From a bacterium (GTDB lineage Bacteria; SZUA-182; SZUA-191; JAJRXT01), in assembly GCA_024277675.1 (NCBI GenBank), contig JAJRUS010000139.1:1-60048 (forward strand): DNA of 60,048 bases. The letters are read 5' to 3'. The notes under the pieces are model-generated. The model was not told the origin of the DNA. It saw only the letters and a list, made by a program, of their open reading frames with translations, and did no database searches. Both the position numbers and the translations under genes were made by a program. Position 1 is the first letter of the stretch. Every line of letters starts with the position of its first letter. Shown in pieces: positions 58,097-60,048 of the stretch.

Positions 58097-59131
58097 CTAC
58101 CCCATCCCATATTTTTCTCTGGCCCGCTCACTCAGTTTGGCGGTGGTGTTAAATACCCAGGTGGCTATATCTTCATTCAGGCTGCCCACTCCACAGGCCG
58201 GGGTGATTAAAGAGGCTTCTCGCCAGGTACTGGCAGGAATGCCTTGTTTGTCCAACTCCTCCCATACGAATTCCAGGCGGCTAAGCAGAGAGTCCACATT
58301 TTCCCCGGCGATATGTTCCTCACTGGTGGGCACAATTCCCCAGGCGATAATGCCGCCCCGGTCAAGAAATTGTTTCAACTGATCTAAGTACAGGCTAAGC
58401 CGGTTGCCGAAGGAGTATGCATCCAGCGAAATAATATCTACTTTGGTTTCAAACAGTAATGACCAGTCGGTGTTGCCGCAGCAATGGATGGCGCTTAAGC
58501 CGCTTAAGCCCTCAATGACTTCATTGAGTGGCTTGATAACCTGTTCCCGGGTCAGATTTACAAAGGCCGAACCGAAAGAGCTTAAGTAGGGTTCATCGAT
58601 GAACATTATGGTTTGCGGGCACAATACCTTTAATTTCTGCTCCTGCCACTGAGCGATACGGGTCAGATTTTTAATGGCTGCATCTTTAAGGGTGTCATCA
58701 TAAATAATAGCCCGGCGGGCCTCATCGGTTACCTGTAATCCGAAACTGATGGGGCCGGTGATCTGGCCCTTTATGGCGGTGAGCTGTGTTAACTCCGGTG
58801 CTGCTTCAAGCAGGGCATAAAAGCCGGCAGCATAACCGGGATCAAGTGCAAAGTCGTCAAGTTTTTCTTCCATAAATTTCTGATAGAAGCCCTCCAGCTC
58901 ATCCGGTACTCGTTTTGTATCTATAAACATGCGCTCGCCTGCTATAGTGACTCCCGGTAATTGCCGGCTATACTGCACATACATATTTTCTAAGAAAGTA
59001 CGGCGGGGCAACTGCGGCCAGAAGGGGATGTGCGGAAAATTTTCTCTTACAAACCGGCAACCGGCTTCGGCTTCGGTAAAAGGAATGCTGCCAATTCCGG
59101 TAGCCAGCAGATTTGCTTTAAAATTTAACAT
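58097..59131 (-). CDS. Cobalamin-independent methionine synthase-like protein (MetE/UROD superfamily)
   Basis: TGIGSIP, FWPQLP, KGQITGPISFG, IDEP, IHCC, AWGIVPT, ITPACG. Confidence 0.8.
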   Translation of the reverse strand: MLNFKANLLATGIGSIPFTEAEAGCRFVRENFPHIPFWPQLPRRTFLENMYVQYSRQLPGVTIAGERMFIDTKRVPDELEGFYQKFMEEKLDDFALDPGYAAGFYALLEAAPELTQLTAIKGQITGPISFGLQVTDEARRAIIYDDTLKDAAIKNLTRIAQWQEQKLKVLCPQTIMFIDEPYLSSFGSAFVNLTREQVIKPLNEVIEGLSGLSAIHCCGNTDWSLLFETKVDIISLDAYSFGNRLSLYLDQLKQFLDRGGIIAWGIVPTSEEHIAGENVDSLLSRLEFVWEELDKQGIPASTWREASLITPACGVGSLNEDIATWVFNTTAKLSERAREKYGMG

Positions 59132-59229
59132 AGTTTAATATTCCTATTAGAAGTTGACTAGAATTACATTTGATTTTAGGGTACTTAAGCCGGATTGTCA
59201 AGCTTGACCGCTTGTGTGTCCGCTTGTGC

Positions 59230-59393
59230 TGTGGTAGCCGGGTAAAAATGTCAACATAGGGGGTATAGAAACAATTACATTGAGCAGTAAGGAATTAAAC
59301 CACCGCGAAGGCATCGGGATTGGACGGGAGACGGTGCGTGGTATGCTGCGCCAGGCTAGTATAGGTGCGGTGCACCGTCATCGTCGCAAATAG
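59230..59393 (+). mobile_element. IS remnant (ISNCY-like), copy 3, internally deleted
   Basis: TGTGGTAGCCGGGTAAAAATGTCAAC end; IETITLSSKELN joined to REGIGIGRETVRGMLRQASI. Confidence 0.6.
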
Positions 59394-59450
59394 ACGTTTT
59401 GTGAAACAACACGGTACAGTTATTAGAAAAAATGGGTGAACTCCACAACA

Positions 59451-59487
59451 AAAAGGCCCAAGCTGTATAAAACAGCTTCGGCCTTTC
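59451..59487 (-). terminator. Intrinsic terminator after 5S rRNA
   Basis: Hairpin AAAGGCCCAAGCTGT/ACAGCTTCGGCCTTT with a U-tract on the minus strand. Confidence 0.7.
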
Positions 59488-59493
59488 AATTAA

Positions 59494-59610
59494 TCCTGGC
59501 GGCGTCCTACTCTCCCACACAGGAACCATGCAGTACCATCGGCGCTGGAGGGCTTAACTACGGTGTTCGGTATGGGAACCGGTGTGACCCCTCCGCCATT
59601 GCCACCAGGG
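59494..59610 (-). rRNA. rrf: 5S rRNA
   Basis: Reverse complement of 5S: CCTGGCGGCGTCCTACTCTCCC...GTTCGGTATGGGAACCGGTG...GCCACCAGG. Confidence 0.97.
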
Positions 59611-59734
59611 GAGCAAACTCCCTCTTATCACATAAAGAGAGAGCTTTAAGTTATTCACTAAATAGCTTCAATCTCGGAATTTGGGGATTGAGGGGCTTAC
59701 TTTAACTGTAAGCCCCGGCTTCCCGCAAAAAGTA

Positions 59735-60048
59735 TGGTCAAGCCGCACGGCTTATTAGTACTGGTTAGCTAAATACATTACTGTACTTACACACCCAGCC
59801 TATCAACCTCGTAATCTACAAGGTGCCTTTAGGTGACTTACGTCACGGGATATCCAATCTTGGGGTGGGCTTCCCGCTTATATGCTTTCAGCGGTTATCC
59901 GCTCCGAACGTAGCTACTCAGCCTGCCGCTGGCGCGACAGCTGATCCACCAGAGGTTCGTCCACCTCGGTCCTCTCGTACTAGAGGCAGATCCCCTCAAA
60001 TATCCTACACCCACGACAGATAGGGACCGAACTGTCTCACGACGTTCT
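59735..60048 (-). rRNA. rrl: 23S rRNA, 3' end (partial)
   Basis: GGTCCTCTCGTACT (sarcin-ricin loop complement), GATAGGGACCGAACTGTCTCACGACGTTCT. Confidence 0.97.

Noticed and set aside
59911-59930. 23S segment that looks one base shorter than typical (CAGCCTGCC)
   Set aside because: Cannot separate lineage variation from consensus error without an alignment.
59436-60023. ORFs 59436..59705 and 59823..60023
   Set aside because: They overlap 5S and 23S rRNA on the opposite strand.
1-60048. CRISPR array, tRNA genes, prophage or intact transposase
   Set aside because: No regularly spaced repeat-spacer series, cloverleaf, phage genes or full-length transposase were seen.

Overview
Chromosomal window from a Gram-negative, probably anaerobic bacterium. 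The gene set looks deltaproteobacteria-like (Fhs, ferredoxin-fused ETF, sigma54 promoters), but this taxonomy is inference. In order it holds: the start of a heavy-metal RND efflux operon (two tandem TolC genes and a CusB-like adaptor) and a divergent M28 peptidase, both behind sigma54-type promoters; a 13-kb GDP-sugar/surface-glycan cluster (GT-C, Gmd, four Fcl-like SDRs, a TPP E1 alpha/beta pair, a His-substituted DegT-family dehydratase, HddA/HddC); nfeD; two paralogous membrane proteins; a 4Fe-4S protein; icd; a secreted beta-helix protein; murJ; tatA/tatC; and a fatty-acid operon rpmF-plsX-fabH-[acyl-CoA dehydrogenase-etfB-etfA]-[TA pair]-fabD-fabG-acpP-fabF-rnc. These are followed by housekeeping genes, fhs, HEPN/MNT, a glucosylglycerate-type osmolyte operon, mltG-ruvX and the 3' end of an rRNA operon. 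Three signals stand out. (1) An acyl-CoA dehydrogenase/ETF module sits in the slot usually held by enoyl-ACP reductase, a candidate electron-bifurcating enoyl-ACP reductase. (2) The sugar cluster looks like a pathway to a branched deoxy-sugar whose SDRs lack the catalytic Tyr. (3) Apparent G>T lesions recur across the window (Glu-to-stop in several genes, Asp-to-Tyr in the ACP motif, Gly-to-Cys in Fhs). Several MITE-like and IS-remnant repeats are scattered in intergenic DNA. All calls come from manual motif recognition; no database searches were run.
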